This document shows, in pieces, positions 50,749 through 57,630 of a stretch of 64,000 nucleotides of DNA. The stretch's first letter is position 1. Each line of letters opens with the position of its first letter. Both the position numbers and the translations under genes were made by a program. The stretch is from Eubacteriales bacterium (GTDB lineage: Bacteria; Bacillota; Clostridia; Oscillospirales; CAG-382), in contig JAQWDK010000004.1 in the NCBI GenBank assembly GCA_028705495.1, positions 17,868 through 81,867 on the forward strand. The letters are read 5' to 3'. The notes beneath the pieces were generated by a model. The model made no database searches, was not told where the DNA came from, and worked only from the letters and a program-made list of their open reading frames with translations.

Positions 50749-51657
50749 ATGCTCGATTTCAGACACGAAACATTTCTTACTCTGTGCTCATGCGGAAGTT
50801 TTACAAAAGCAGCGGAGCTTTTACACATTACGCAGCCTGCCGTTTCGCAGCACATTAAGTATCTTGAAGAATATTACGGATGCAAACTATTTGATACAGT
50901 AAACAGAAAAATAAAACTTACACATCAAGGAGAACTCTTAAAAGAGTTTGCAACGACTGTCTTTTCAGACTCCAAACATTTTAAAGAAAATATCCAATCT
51001 GTCCAAACAGACACAATGCAGTTTTCCTTTGGAGCGACTTTATCTATCGGAGAATATGTTATGCCTGAGATACTATCTCGCATGCTTATAAAATATCCAG
51101 AAATGAAATTTCATATGTCTGTTGCTAATACACAAGTTCTGCTTGAAAGGCTAAACAATGGTGAGCTGGATTTTATTGTGGTTGAAGGGTTGTTTGATAA
51201 ATCGGAGTATGACTCTACAATTTTCAGCCTTGAAAACTTTATAGCGGTTTGTTCTCCAAAATCGGAATTAGCAAAAGGAGAGGTGGGTTTTCAAGAGATT
51301 ACGGGAAACCGTCTAATATTACGGGAACGAGGATCCGGTACTCGCGAAATATTCGAAAACATATTGCAAAAAAACAATTATTCTCTCCACGCATTTGAAA
51401 AAATGATTGAGATAGGAAATATGGCTGCTATAAAGAAAATGGTTTCAAACAACTTAGGAATAACTTTTCTTTTTGAAGTCGTGGTAAAAAAAGAAATAGA
51501 AGTCGGAAAGTTATTTGCTGTTAACATTCCTGATTTTTCTGAAAAACGCGAATTCAATTTTGTCTTATTAAAAAACAGCTTTTTCCGCCAGAGGTATATG
51601 GGAATTTACGAACTACTAAAACAAGCATTTCAAGAAATGAACAGTGATTTTAATTGA
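50749..51657 (+). CDS. LysR-family transcriptional regulator
   Basis: HTH FTKAAELLHITQPAVSQHIKYLE. C-terminal substrate-binding domain. ATG 50749 follows GGAGTGG. Confidence 0.85.
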   Translation: MLDFRHETFLTLCSCGSFTKAAELLHITQPAVSQHIKYLEEYYGCKLFDTVNRKIKLTHQGELLKEFATTVFSDSKHFKENIQSVQTDTMQFSFGATLSIGEYVMPEILSRMLIKYPEMKFHMSVANTQVLLERLNNGELDFIVVEGLFDKSEYDSTIFSLENFIAVCSPKSELAKGEVGFQEITGNRLILRERGSGTREIFENILQKNNYSLHAFEKMIEIGNMAAIKKMVSNNLGITFLFEVVVKKEIEVGKLFAVNIPDFSEKREFNFVLLKNSFFRQRYMGIYELLKQAFQEMNSDFN

Positions 51658-51777
51658 GAGCCAGAACTAAAAAATCACTTTTATAGCTACTATAACAGCT
51701 TGTTTACTTGTCACATTATATTTTAACAGCAATATAATGAACTATACCCATTTAATTCATTATGAAAGGAAATATAT

Positions 51778-52254
51778 ATGGACAAAGCAAACTCAAAACC
51801 TCTTATTTCAACTCCACTCTCTGCTGAGAGTATGTCGATGTTACAGCAAACACCGATAACACCGGGGAACGCAAATCAATCTCCTATTCTACCTTCGGAA
51901 CCTCAGTTAGAGGATATGGAAAATCTATATCCGGATATTTACAAGGATCTATATCCGGTTGTCCTTGCTGCGGTAAACAGTTTAATAGCAGCGGGGTATA
52001 CTATTACGCCTGATGCAATTGACGACATCGTAGACAACATAATCAGGAACAGCGGTTTGTGGTATGAAGACGAGGATGACGGCGAAGACATGGAGCCCGA
52101 AACAATGCCTGTGCAATTAGGTTTTGGTCGTATGCCGTATCGCAGGCGCAGACGCAGGTATCACAATCGCGGCACTCTACGGGATCTCGTAAGAATTTTG
52201 TTGCTTCGCGAGCTGTTTACCAGGGGCAATAATCAACCTTATCTTTGGAGGTAA
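51778..52254 (+). CDS. Pro-rich/Arg-rich 158-aa orphan protein
   Basis: RBS aaaggaaatatat. Pro/Gln-rich N-terminus, acidic centre (YEDEDDGEDMEPE), RRRRRRYHNRG, then LRDLVRILLLRELF. Confidence 0.5.
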   Translation: MDKANSKPLISTPLSAESMSMLQQTPITPGNANQSPILPSEPQLEDMENLYPDIYKDLYPVVLAAVNSLIAAGYTITPDAIDDIVDNIIRNSGLWYEDEDDGEDMEPETMPVQLGFGRMPYRRRRRRYHNRGTLRDLVRILLLRELFTRGNNQPYLWR

Positions 52255-52259
52255 ATTGC

Positions 52260-53171
52260 GTGAATAATCTAACCGATCAGCAATATGTGGTAAAATCACT
52301 GGAACTGCATCTATTTTTCGGACGCATCATGAAGGAGCATTCGTTTTTTTTAGAAGCAGGATTCACTCCAAAGAACGCTTCTTTCGCTGTTGCAGCTGAT
52401 AAATATAAGGTTGAGTTCGAAAAGCTTCTCCGAAATGCAATTCGACTTAGCAATGGAATCGTGAGTTATGAAGCTCTACACTCTGGAGAGTTTATCACCG
52501 ATTACACGCTGGGTTCTGAGCAAAAGACGCAGAACTTTACTGGAATCGCAATTGACACAAATCTGACGACACAAGAAGCCGCGCTTCACAGTGGAGTTAA
52601 TCCAAATGTTAATTCAAGTCTTGTGCGTGCTGTCCGTGAATTGAATACCGGAGCATTACCGCTGATAAACAGCTTGATTGACTTTAAAACTCAAATACTT
52701 AACGGTATGTTATCATGTAATATGTTTACAATGAATTACCCGCTTCTTGTTGACCACATCAGGAGAGAAGCAAGGATGTACCGCGACCATCTGACGGCGC
52801 TTGAGCAAGGTCAGGACATGGACCACAACACAAGAGATATGGAACTGTTTTGGGATCAGATTATGCTGGAGCATGCACTCTTTATACGAGGCTTACTTGA
52901 CCCGTCCGAAGGTGAGCTAATTAATACAGCGAATGATTTTGCGGCTGAATACAGCGCTCTCATCGAACAAGCACTATCCGCCAACGACGCGATGCTTGAG
53001 ACTGTGACAACTGAAACGCTCGAGGGAACAAAATCATATCGTGATTTTAAAACAGCAGCAACAAAAGGTATCGCCGAATGCAAAATCCGCTCTATAATTC
53101 TACCGCTTTTAGCAGACCACACCCTGCGTGAAACAAATCACTATATAAGACTTCTTAATCAAACAAAATAA
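52260..53171 (+). CDS. DUF2935-type (two-repeat helical, hemerythrin-like) protein
   Basis: GTG 52260 lies 7 nt after a GGAGGT located inside the upstream gene's last codons. Two repeats: GRIMKEHSFFLEAGF and FWDQIMLEHALFIRGLLDPSE. Confidence 0.6.
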   Translation: MNNLTDQQYVVKSLELHLFFGRIMKEHSFFLEAGFTPKNASFAVAADKYKVEFEKLLRNAIRLSNGIVSYEALHSGEFITDYTLGSEQKTQNFTGIAIDTNLTTQEAALHSGVNPNVNSSLVRAVRELNTGALPLINSLIDFKTQILNGMLSCNMFTMNYPLLVDHIRREARMYRDHLTALEQGQDMDHNTRDMELFWDQIMLEHALFIRGLLDPSEGELINTANDFAAEYSALIEQALSANDAMLETVTTETLEGTKSYRDFKTAATKGIAECKIRSIILPLLADHTLRETNHYIRLLNQTK

Positions 53172-53197
53172 TACTTGAATATTGTTGCATAACAAAT

Positions 53198-53228
53198 ACG
53201 CCGAACCCATATTAAAAGGGCTCGGCGT
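53198..53228. terminator. Bidirectional terminator at the core/island boundary
   Basis: ACGCCGAACCC-n9-GGGCTCGGCGT. Confidence 0.6.
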
Positions 53229-53239
53229 AAATTGTTCGA

Positions 53240-53815
53240 TTAATCATGAATTGTAATAAAATTTTTCAATGCGGTTGTAATGTCGTCTTGTGCAACCAAC
53301 AAAATTTCACAGTTCTCAAGCTCTTGAATACTGAACTTATCAATTTCATCGTTGCATACTAAAATAGCCGCTCTGTTAACGATTTCAGCGTTCATGTACT
53401 CGTTGAATTCTTGAATATCTCTATTGACCGCCTCTTCGACTCTTATATAACCTTCATCTTCAATTACTTCGGCTGTCCAAGCATTTATTTCTTTATCGTA
53501 AAACATTAAGTAATCTAATATAAGAAAATTTTTATAAAAGAAATAACCATAACCGTTTAAGCGAACTTCCTTGCGTCTGATATATTCGATTGGTAAGTCA
53601 GCCTTCATGATCGAGTCATACATACGAATATAGTATGATGAGGTTGACATCCATGTGTATTTTTCTTTTGTATCTTTGTAATACTTTGTAATGCGGTATC
53701 TGATGAAATCAATCGGCGTATATAGGAAAACTCCAATTATTATCAAAATTAAAAATGGTATAAAAAGAACTACTAAAATAACTTTACCGAATTTAACTAA
53801 CTTTTCTTTAATCAA
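53240..53815 (-). CDS. Orphan single-pass membrane protein (191 aa)
   Basis: TTG 53815 lies 5 nt after AAAGGCGGTGA and gives MIKEKLVKFGKVILVVLFIPFLILIIIGVFLY. Tyr/Glu-rich soluble C-terminal domain. Low GC. Confidence 0.5.
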   Translation of the reverse strand: MIKEKLVKFGKVILVVLFIPFLILIIIGVFLYTPIDFIRYRITKYYKDTKEKYTWMSTSSYYIRMYDSIMKADLPIEYIRRKEVRLNGYGYFFYKNFLILDYLMFYDKEINAWTAEVIEDEGYIRVEEAVNRDIQEFNEYMNAEIVNRAAILVCNDEIDKFSIQELENCEILLVAQDDITTALKNFITIHD

Positions 53816-53867
53816 TATCACCGCCTTTGAAAGAATTATAAATTGTAAGATAAAAAGAAGCAATACA

Positions 53868-54437
53868 CTATTCTGTTATTTCTTCAATTATATAAAGCAA
53901 ATTGCTATATTCATAATACTTAAACCTATAATACGAACCTTTCTTTAGATTTACATCTAATTGAAAAACATAATATGTGTTCGTATTGTTTATAAATTTT
54001 ACCTTAGGTCTGGTTCCATCAATCTCCGGAATATAAATTTCAACGATTCCAGTAATATAAACATCTTCTGCATAATAATCTTTAAACGCACTTTCTACTC
54101 TCTGATATGAACCAATTGCCATCATACAAAAGAGAAGCAATACAACCAATCTCTGTAGTATTGTTTTTGTTAAGTTTATGCTTGGTTTTTTTATTATTGC
54201 TAATATAAAATCAATTATAAAACTGATTACAATAGCAACCGCAAAAGATAGCAAAATCATAAAAAATCTTATATCGCCACAAAGAACTCTCGTATCCAAG
54301 TCGCTCGAATACGAGGGCAAAATCATTACAGCTAAAAATATTATCAGAGGAATAGTGATTATTAATACTCCTAACACAACTTCTTTTTTGGTAACTTGCT
54401 TTTTAGGAGGATAATAAGAAATATCATAATCGTTCAT
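53868..54437 (-). CDS. Orphan 3-TM membrane protein (189 aa)
   Basis: Three hydrophobic helices, then a beta-rich Tyr-rich C-terminal domain. A 4-nt gap to the next gene. Low GC. Confidence 0.5.
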   Translation of the reverse strand: MNDYDISYYPPKKQVTKKEVVLGVLIITIPLIIFLAVMILPSYSSDLDTRVLCGDIRFFMILLSFAVAIVISFIIDFILAIIKKPSINLTKTILQRLVVLLLFCMMAIGSYQRVESAFKDYYAEDVYITGIVEIYIPEIDGTRPKVKFINNTNTYYVFQLDVNLKKGSYYRFKYYEYSNLLYIIEEITE

Positions 54438-54825
54438 ATCATCAATTCCTTTTTTCTTGATTTATTGACTTAATTTTAGCATGCATTTATTTTCATGTCA
54501 ACGATTTATTAAAATATGCTTTGCGTAGCAAAGCTTTTGTTCTTTCTTGTTTTTTATTTTACGGGGACAAGTTAAATATCCGGCTTTCATTGGTGGTGAA
54601 GTAATCCACTAACATACGCAATCTCAATGATATATGGCTTAAGCTGCATGCTATAACATCCGTTCCTTCATATTCGAAGCGTATATCATATGTTCGGAGG
54701 GGATAGCTATTATAAGCTTTTTTGTGGTAAATCAGTAAATATTTCGTAAGTCCCATTTAACGGACACATAAAATAATATAATATAAACAGAGAGTAAATA
54801 TGGCGCTTGCGAAAGGGGTATATCG

Positions 54826-55350
54826 ATGTTAGATGGATTTAATGGTGGAGGATTTGACCCGAACGGCTCCATTGAAAGCAATGTGAATAATCATTATGTA
54901 TTTAGAGAAACAAGCAGCGGAAGCGGTGGTGGAGGTGGTGGTAAAAAAGGCGGATCAGGTAGCAGCGGAAATGGATGCTCCTATATTGTCTACGCTATCA
55001 TAGCTGCATATTTTATCCTAAGCAACCCCGAAGCAATAATTATGTTGCTTCTTCTATCAGCGACCATCGCGTTGGGTGTTTGGATTGTGCATAAGATATG
55101 GACTGATCTAAGCGGAAAACGATTAAACATTTATTTTAGAGGAGCTGCCAAGGTTGTCGCCGGGTATCTTTCTGCATTTGGATTTTTCGCAATTCTGATT
55201 GAAATAGATGATTTTTTAGACTGGAAAATTTTCTGGTCCATATCAGCGGATTGGGTTATAATCTTCAGTATTGTTTTATTAATAGTATTTGTTTATTTGA
55301 TCAAGCGGGGATTTGATAATAGAATTAATATAGCCGACAATAATGAGTAA
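54826..55350 (+). CDS. Orphan membrane protein with Gly-rich N-terminus (174 aa)
   Basis: RBS aaagggg. SSGSGGGGGGKKGGSGSSGNG, then ~4 TM helices. Confidence 0.5.
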   Translation: MLDGFNGGGFDPNGSIESNVNNHYVFRETSSGSGGGGGGKKGGSGSSGNGCSYIVYAIIAAYFILSNPEAIIMLLLLSATIALGVWIVHKIWTDLSGKRLNIYFRGAAKVVAGYLSAFGFFAILIEIDDFLDWKIFWSISADWVIIFSIVLLIVFVYLIKRGFDNRINIADNNE

Positions 55351-55385
55351 ACAAAATGCCACTACAGTGCATGGAAAAACAAAAC

Positions 55386-55408
55386 GCACCTTGCAAAAAG
55401 CAAAGTGC
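55386..55408. terminator. Hairpin between convergent orphan genes
   Basis: GCACCTTGC-aaaaa-GCAAAGTGC. Confidence 0.45.
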
Positions 55409-55502
55409 GAAATATTGCATTGTGTACGAGATGTAAAGAGAAGTTTGTCATTGACAAAAATCGATAGTCTTTATGTAAAGAGGTAATGAAAAAGGATGTA
55501 TG

Positions 55503-55760
55503 CTATTTGTTTTTATTTTGAATGATTTTAACACACCAGAAAAGCCATAAGACCATAAACCCAAATGAAATAATCCAACAAATAATTGCGCCTAAAATCC
55601 CCGTAGCATTTAATGCTGAAATACCGGCTAAGATTCCTATTGTAATTAATAGTCCACATAAAATTGACGTTATCATTAATCTAACTATTATTGGGACTTT
55701 TTTACTTTTTGTTGCACCTAAAAGCCCTTCAATAAATATTTCAAATATTATTCCCATCAA
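55503..55760 (-). CDS. Orphan small 3-TM membrane protein (85 aa)
   Basis: Almost entirely hydrophobic (ILCGLLITIGILAGISALNATGILGAIICWIISFGFMVLWLFW). Confidence 0.45.
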   Translation of the reverse strand: MMGIIFEIFIEGLLGATKSKKVPIIVRLMITSILCGLLITIGILAGISALNATGILGAIICWIISFGFMVLWLFWCVKIIQNKNK

Positions 55761-55977
55761 TAAATCTCTCCATGTATGTAGATAATTTATTTAAATAAGT
55801 ACTATCTTTTCTATCATTGCCTTTGCTTGAATAATATCACAAATACCTATATATTTCCATTATAATATTAAAAGACTATTGACATAAAGATGCCTGCAGA
55901 ATTTTTGATTGAAGACATGAACCTATCTCTAATTACAAAAATCTAATTGTTCTTTTTCGCCGTGTTGATTGAAGCGA

Positions 55978-56199
55978 TTAGCATAACTCTGCCTCTTTAA
56001 GTGCGATTTGAAGCTTCGCGATAAAATCGGCTTTGCTGTGAGAGTATTGTGCCTCGCGGATGTTCGCACCGATTGATGTGCCGCTTCTGCCGATCTGGTT
56101 AGAAGTGATTGATTCACGCTTTTCTTTGAGTTGTTTGACGAAGTTGATTACTGAAACCGCAAAATTCATTGATTGAGTACGAAGTTTTGAATTAGACAT
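55978..56199 (-). pseudogene. Four-helix-bundle protein (23S rRNA IVS-protein family), copy 1, truncated/deleted
   Basis: MSNSKLRTQSMNFAVSVINFVKQLKEKRESITSNQIGRSGTSIGANIREAQYSHSKADFIAKLQIALKEAELC*. The family core (QIGRS..SI.ANI.E ... ADF...L.I.LKE) is present. It stops ~50 codons early. Beyond the stop the same frame reads ...RKRTIRFL*, matching the C-terminus of copy 2 (STIRFLL), which implies an internal deletion. Confidence 0.65.
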
Positions 56200-56223
56200 T
56201 GAGCGCACCTCACTTCCTAACAT

Positions 56224-56252
56224 ATTATACCATACACTTATGAGGTTTTCAA
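56224..56252 (-). promoter_or_regulatory. Sigma-A promoter of four-helix-bundle copy 1
   Basis: Minus strand: TTGAAA, 17-nt spacer, TGgTATAAT. The RBS GAGGTG follows. Confidence 0.65.
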
Positions 56253-56416
56253 TAGTGAAGTTGCGGCTTTGCCGCAGTGAAGTATTGTGGCTGCGCCGCA
56301 AAGTGAGGCTAAGTGTGCCACCCACGCCCGCAGGCACTTCACGAGGCGTAGCCTCGCTTCATGCGCGCAGCGCACTTCTCGTGCCAAAGGCACATCGCGT
56401 TACGATGTGCCTTTGC
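56253..56416. repeat. Mini-hairpin array 1 (7 short GC-rich hairpins with GTGAAG / CTTCAC linkers)
   Basis: TGCGGC-ttt-GCCGCA (56262-76), TTGTGGC-tgc-GCCGCAA (56285-301), GTGCC-n13-GGCAC (56315-37), CGAGGC-gta-GCCTCG (56342-56), TGCGC-gca-GCGCA (56362-74), GTGCC-aaa-GGCAC (56381-93), AAAGGCACATCG-cgtta-CGATGTGCCTTT (56386-414). Linkers are GTGAAGT on the left and CTTCA(C/T) on the right. Confidence 0.8.
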
Positions 56417-56422
56417 TGTGTT

Positions 56423-56467
56423 GTGACTACAATTTAGATGAAAAGCCGTGACACTACGATTTAGATG
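56423..56467. repeat. Tandem direct repeat GTGAC(AC)TAC(A/G)ATTTAGATG x2
   Basis: GTGACTACAATTTAGATG (56423-40), aaaagcc, GTGACACTACGATTTAGATG (56448-67). Confidence 0.7.
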
Positions 56468-56566
56468 CACGCTTTTTCTCGCGAGGGTACACGAACCCCT
56501 TGGCGATGATGGGTGTTGCGCTTGACCGTTGACCGACGGGGTATAAAGCCATGCTTGTAACGAAGT

Positions 56567-56806
56567 CTATGTATTATATACTGGCTTATACACCCAATGT
56601 GTATCTAAGTCTATTACATAATCCACCTTAACATGAGGATCAAAAGGAATCACTTCATAACCATAGCGCATACCAAAAGCGGAGGGAAACTCCTTTTCGC
56701 TAACAAGATTAAATATTTCTTTAGTTTTTTCTCGAAGTTCTGATTCTCCAATTCCTTTTCCATGCAGTAGTATATCGCCGTATACGGATTCTATGTAAAA
56801 TATCAC
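56567..56806 (-). CDS. 79-aa orphan protein coupled to four-helix-bundle copy 2
   Basis: The tracked ORF (56567-56887) overlaps the 3' end of copy 2 in another frame. GTG 56806 follows GGAAGGA and overlaps the copy-2 stop as GTGA. Product: MIFYIESVYGDILLHGKGIGESELREK... Confidence 0.45.
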   Translation of the reverse strand: MIFYIESVYGDILLHGKGIGESELREKTKEIFNLVSEKEFPSAFGMRYGYEVIPFDPHVKVDYVIDLDTHWVYKPVYNT

Positions 56807-57177
56807 TTTTTTCCTTCCGTCGCCGTATTGAGATTGTTTTTCGCTGTCGTAATAGACTTCACAAGTAAAAATCTTATTGTCGAGCACTTGCGGTCAAGTG
56901 TTTTATACCTCATTTCATCAATATACTCACTTTTCCAAAGCATTTCAAGCCATTTGCTCGTTTCGTTGGTCTCTTTCAATGAAATTTCAAGCTTTGCAAT
57001 AAAATCGGCGCGACCGTGAGCGTATTTACTTTCAGCAATATTTGCACAAATGCTTGTCGCGCTTCTGCCGATCTGATTTGATATTACATTTTCGTGATTT
57101 GCACGGAGTTCCTTTGTTAATTGTAAAACCTAAACAGATAATTCCATTGAAAGATCACCGAGCTTATCTTCTCTCAC
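56803..57177 (-). pseudogene. Four-helix-bundle protein (23S rRNA IVS-protein family), copy 2, full length but with an in-frame TAG
   Basis: GTG 57177 follows AAAGGTGGTGG. VREDKLGDLSMELSV*VLQLTKELRANHENVISNQIGRSATSICANIAESKYAHGRADFIAKLEISLKETNETSKWLEMLWKSEYIDEMRYKTLDRKCSTIRFLLVKSITTAKNN.... The TAG at 57130-57132 aligns with Ser in copy 1. Confidence 0.65.
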
Positions 57178-57201
57178 GATGCCACCACCTTTCATAGAAT
57201 A

Positions 57202-57230
57202 ATTATATCATAATTTCAACTAAAAACCAA
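57202..57230 (-). promoter_or_regulatory. Sigma-A promoter of four-helix-bundle copy 2
   Basis: Minus strand: TTGGTT, 17-nt spacer, TGaTATAAT. Confidence 0.55.
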
Positions 57231-57446
57231 CTGCATTTCAGCGCACAAACTAACGGCTTCATTCCGTTTGCGCGAAGCGCAACATCATTGGGCGAAAACC
57301 CACATCATTTGCCGAAGGCAACTTCATTTACGGCAAAGCCGTAACATCGTTCATTTGTGCCGCGCGGGGCGGCAATGAAGTTGAGCTAACGCTCAAATGA
57401 TGTTGCGCGCGTTGCACGCAAATGATGTTGTGCCTACGGACACAAA
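57231..57446. repeat. Mini-hairpin array 2 (~9 short GC-rich TTG..CAA hairpins with CATCATT / AATGATG linkers)
   Basis: TTGCGC-gaa-GCGCAA (57268-82), TGGG-cgaaaa-CCCA (57289-302), TTGCC-gaa-GGCAA (57309-21), TTACGGC-aaa-GCCGTAA (57328-44), TTGtGCCGC-gcggg-GCGGCAA (57355-75), TTGAGC-taac-GCTCAA (57381-96), TTGCG-n9-CGCAA (57403-21), TTGTGCC-tac-GGaCACAA (57428-45). Linker polarity flips near 57365. Confidence 0.8.
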
Positions 57447-57479
57447 TGAAAAATCCGAAAGCGAGAGCTTTCGGATTTT
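57447..57479 (-). terminator. Terminator of tRNA-Gln
   Basis: Minus strand: AAAAATCCGAAAGC-tctc-GCTTTCGGATTTTT. Confidence 0.85.
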
Positions 57480-57555
57480 TGGCAGGGGTGGATGGACTCG
57501 AACCATCGGAATGCAAGAGTCAAAGTCTTGTGCCTTACCACTTGGCTACACCCCT
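57480..57555 (-). tRNA. tRNA-Gln (anticodon UUG)
   Basis: Minus strand: AGGGGTG TA GCCAAGTGGTAAGGC A CAAGA-CTTTGAC-TCTTG ... GATGG-TTCGAGT-CCATC CACCCCT G CCA. Confidence 0.9.
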
Positions 57556-57578
57556 ATATTAAATTGTCACTGACGGAT

Positions 57579-57607
57579 ATTATACTTTACGCAGCCTATT
57601 TTGTCAA
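57579..57607 (-). promoter_or_regulatory. Consensus sigma-A promoter of tRNA-Gln
   Basis: Minus strand: TTGACA, 17-nt spacer, TATAAT. Confidence 0.7.
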
Positions 57608-57630
57608 TACTTTTTCTTTTCTAATCTAAT

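Noticed and set aside
54559-54756. 65-aa minus-strand ORF in the island spacer
   Set aside because: No Shine-Dalgarno before the ATG and no recognisable motif. It is kept only as part of the intergenic-region observation.
56240-56437. 65-aa + strand ORF across hairpin array 1, and 62-aa minus-strand ORF 57328-57516 across array 2
   Set aside because: Both are translations of palindromic GC-rich repeats (Arg/Ala/Leu/Cys-rich). The second runs through the tRNA-Gln gene. No RBS.
56468-56545. GC-rich segment with tRNA-like pieces on the minus strand (CGTCGGTCAACGGTCAAGCG resembling a tRNA-Glu D-arm; GGGGTTCGTGTACCC resembling a T-arm)
   Set aside because: No complementary acceptor stem, no proper anticodon stem-loop, the T-loop closing pair is broken, and there is no CCA. 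At most it is a very decayed tRNA fragment, so it is not called as a gene.
56253-57446. Could the two hairpin arrays be CRISPR arrays?
   Set aside because: There is no constant repeat of >=23 nt. The constant parts are only 7-12-nt A/T linkers and the palindromic parts vary. Units are ~20 nt, polarity flips mid-array, and there are no cas genes in the window.
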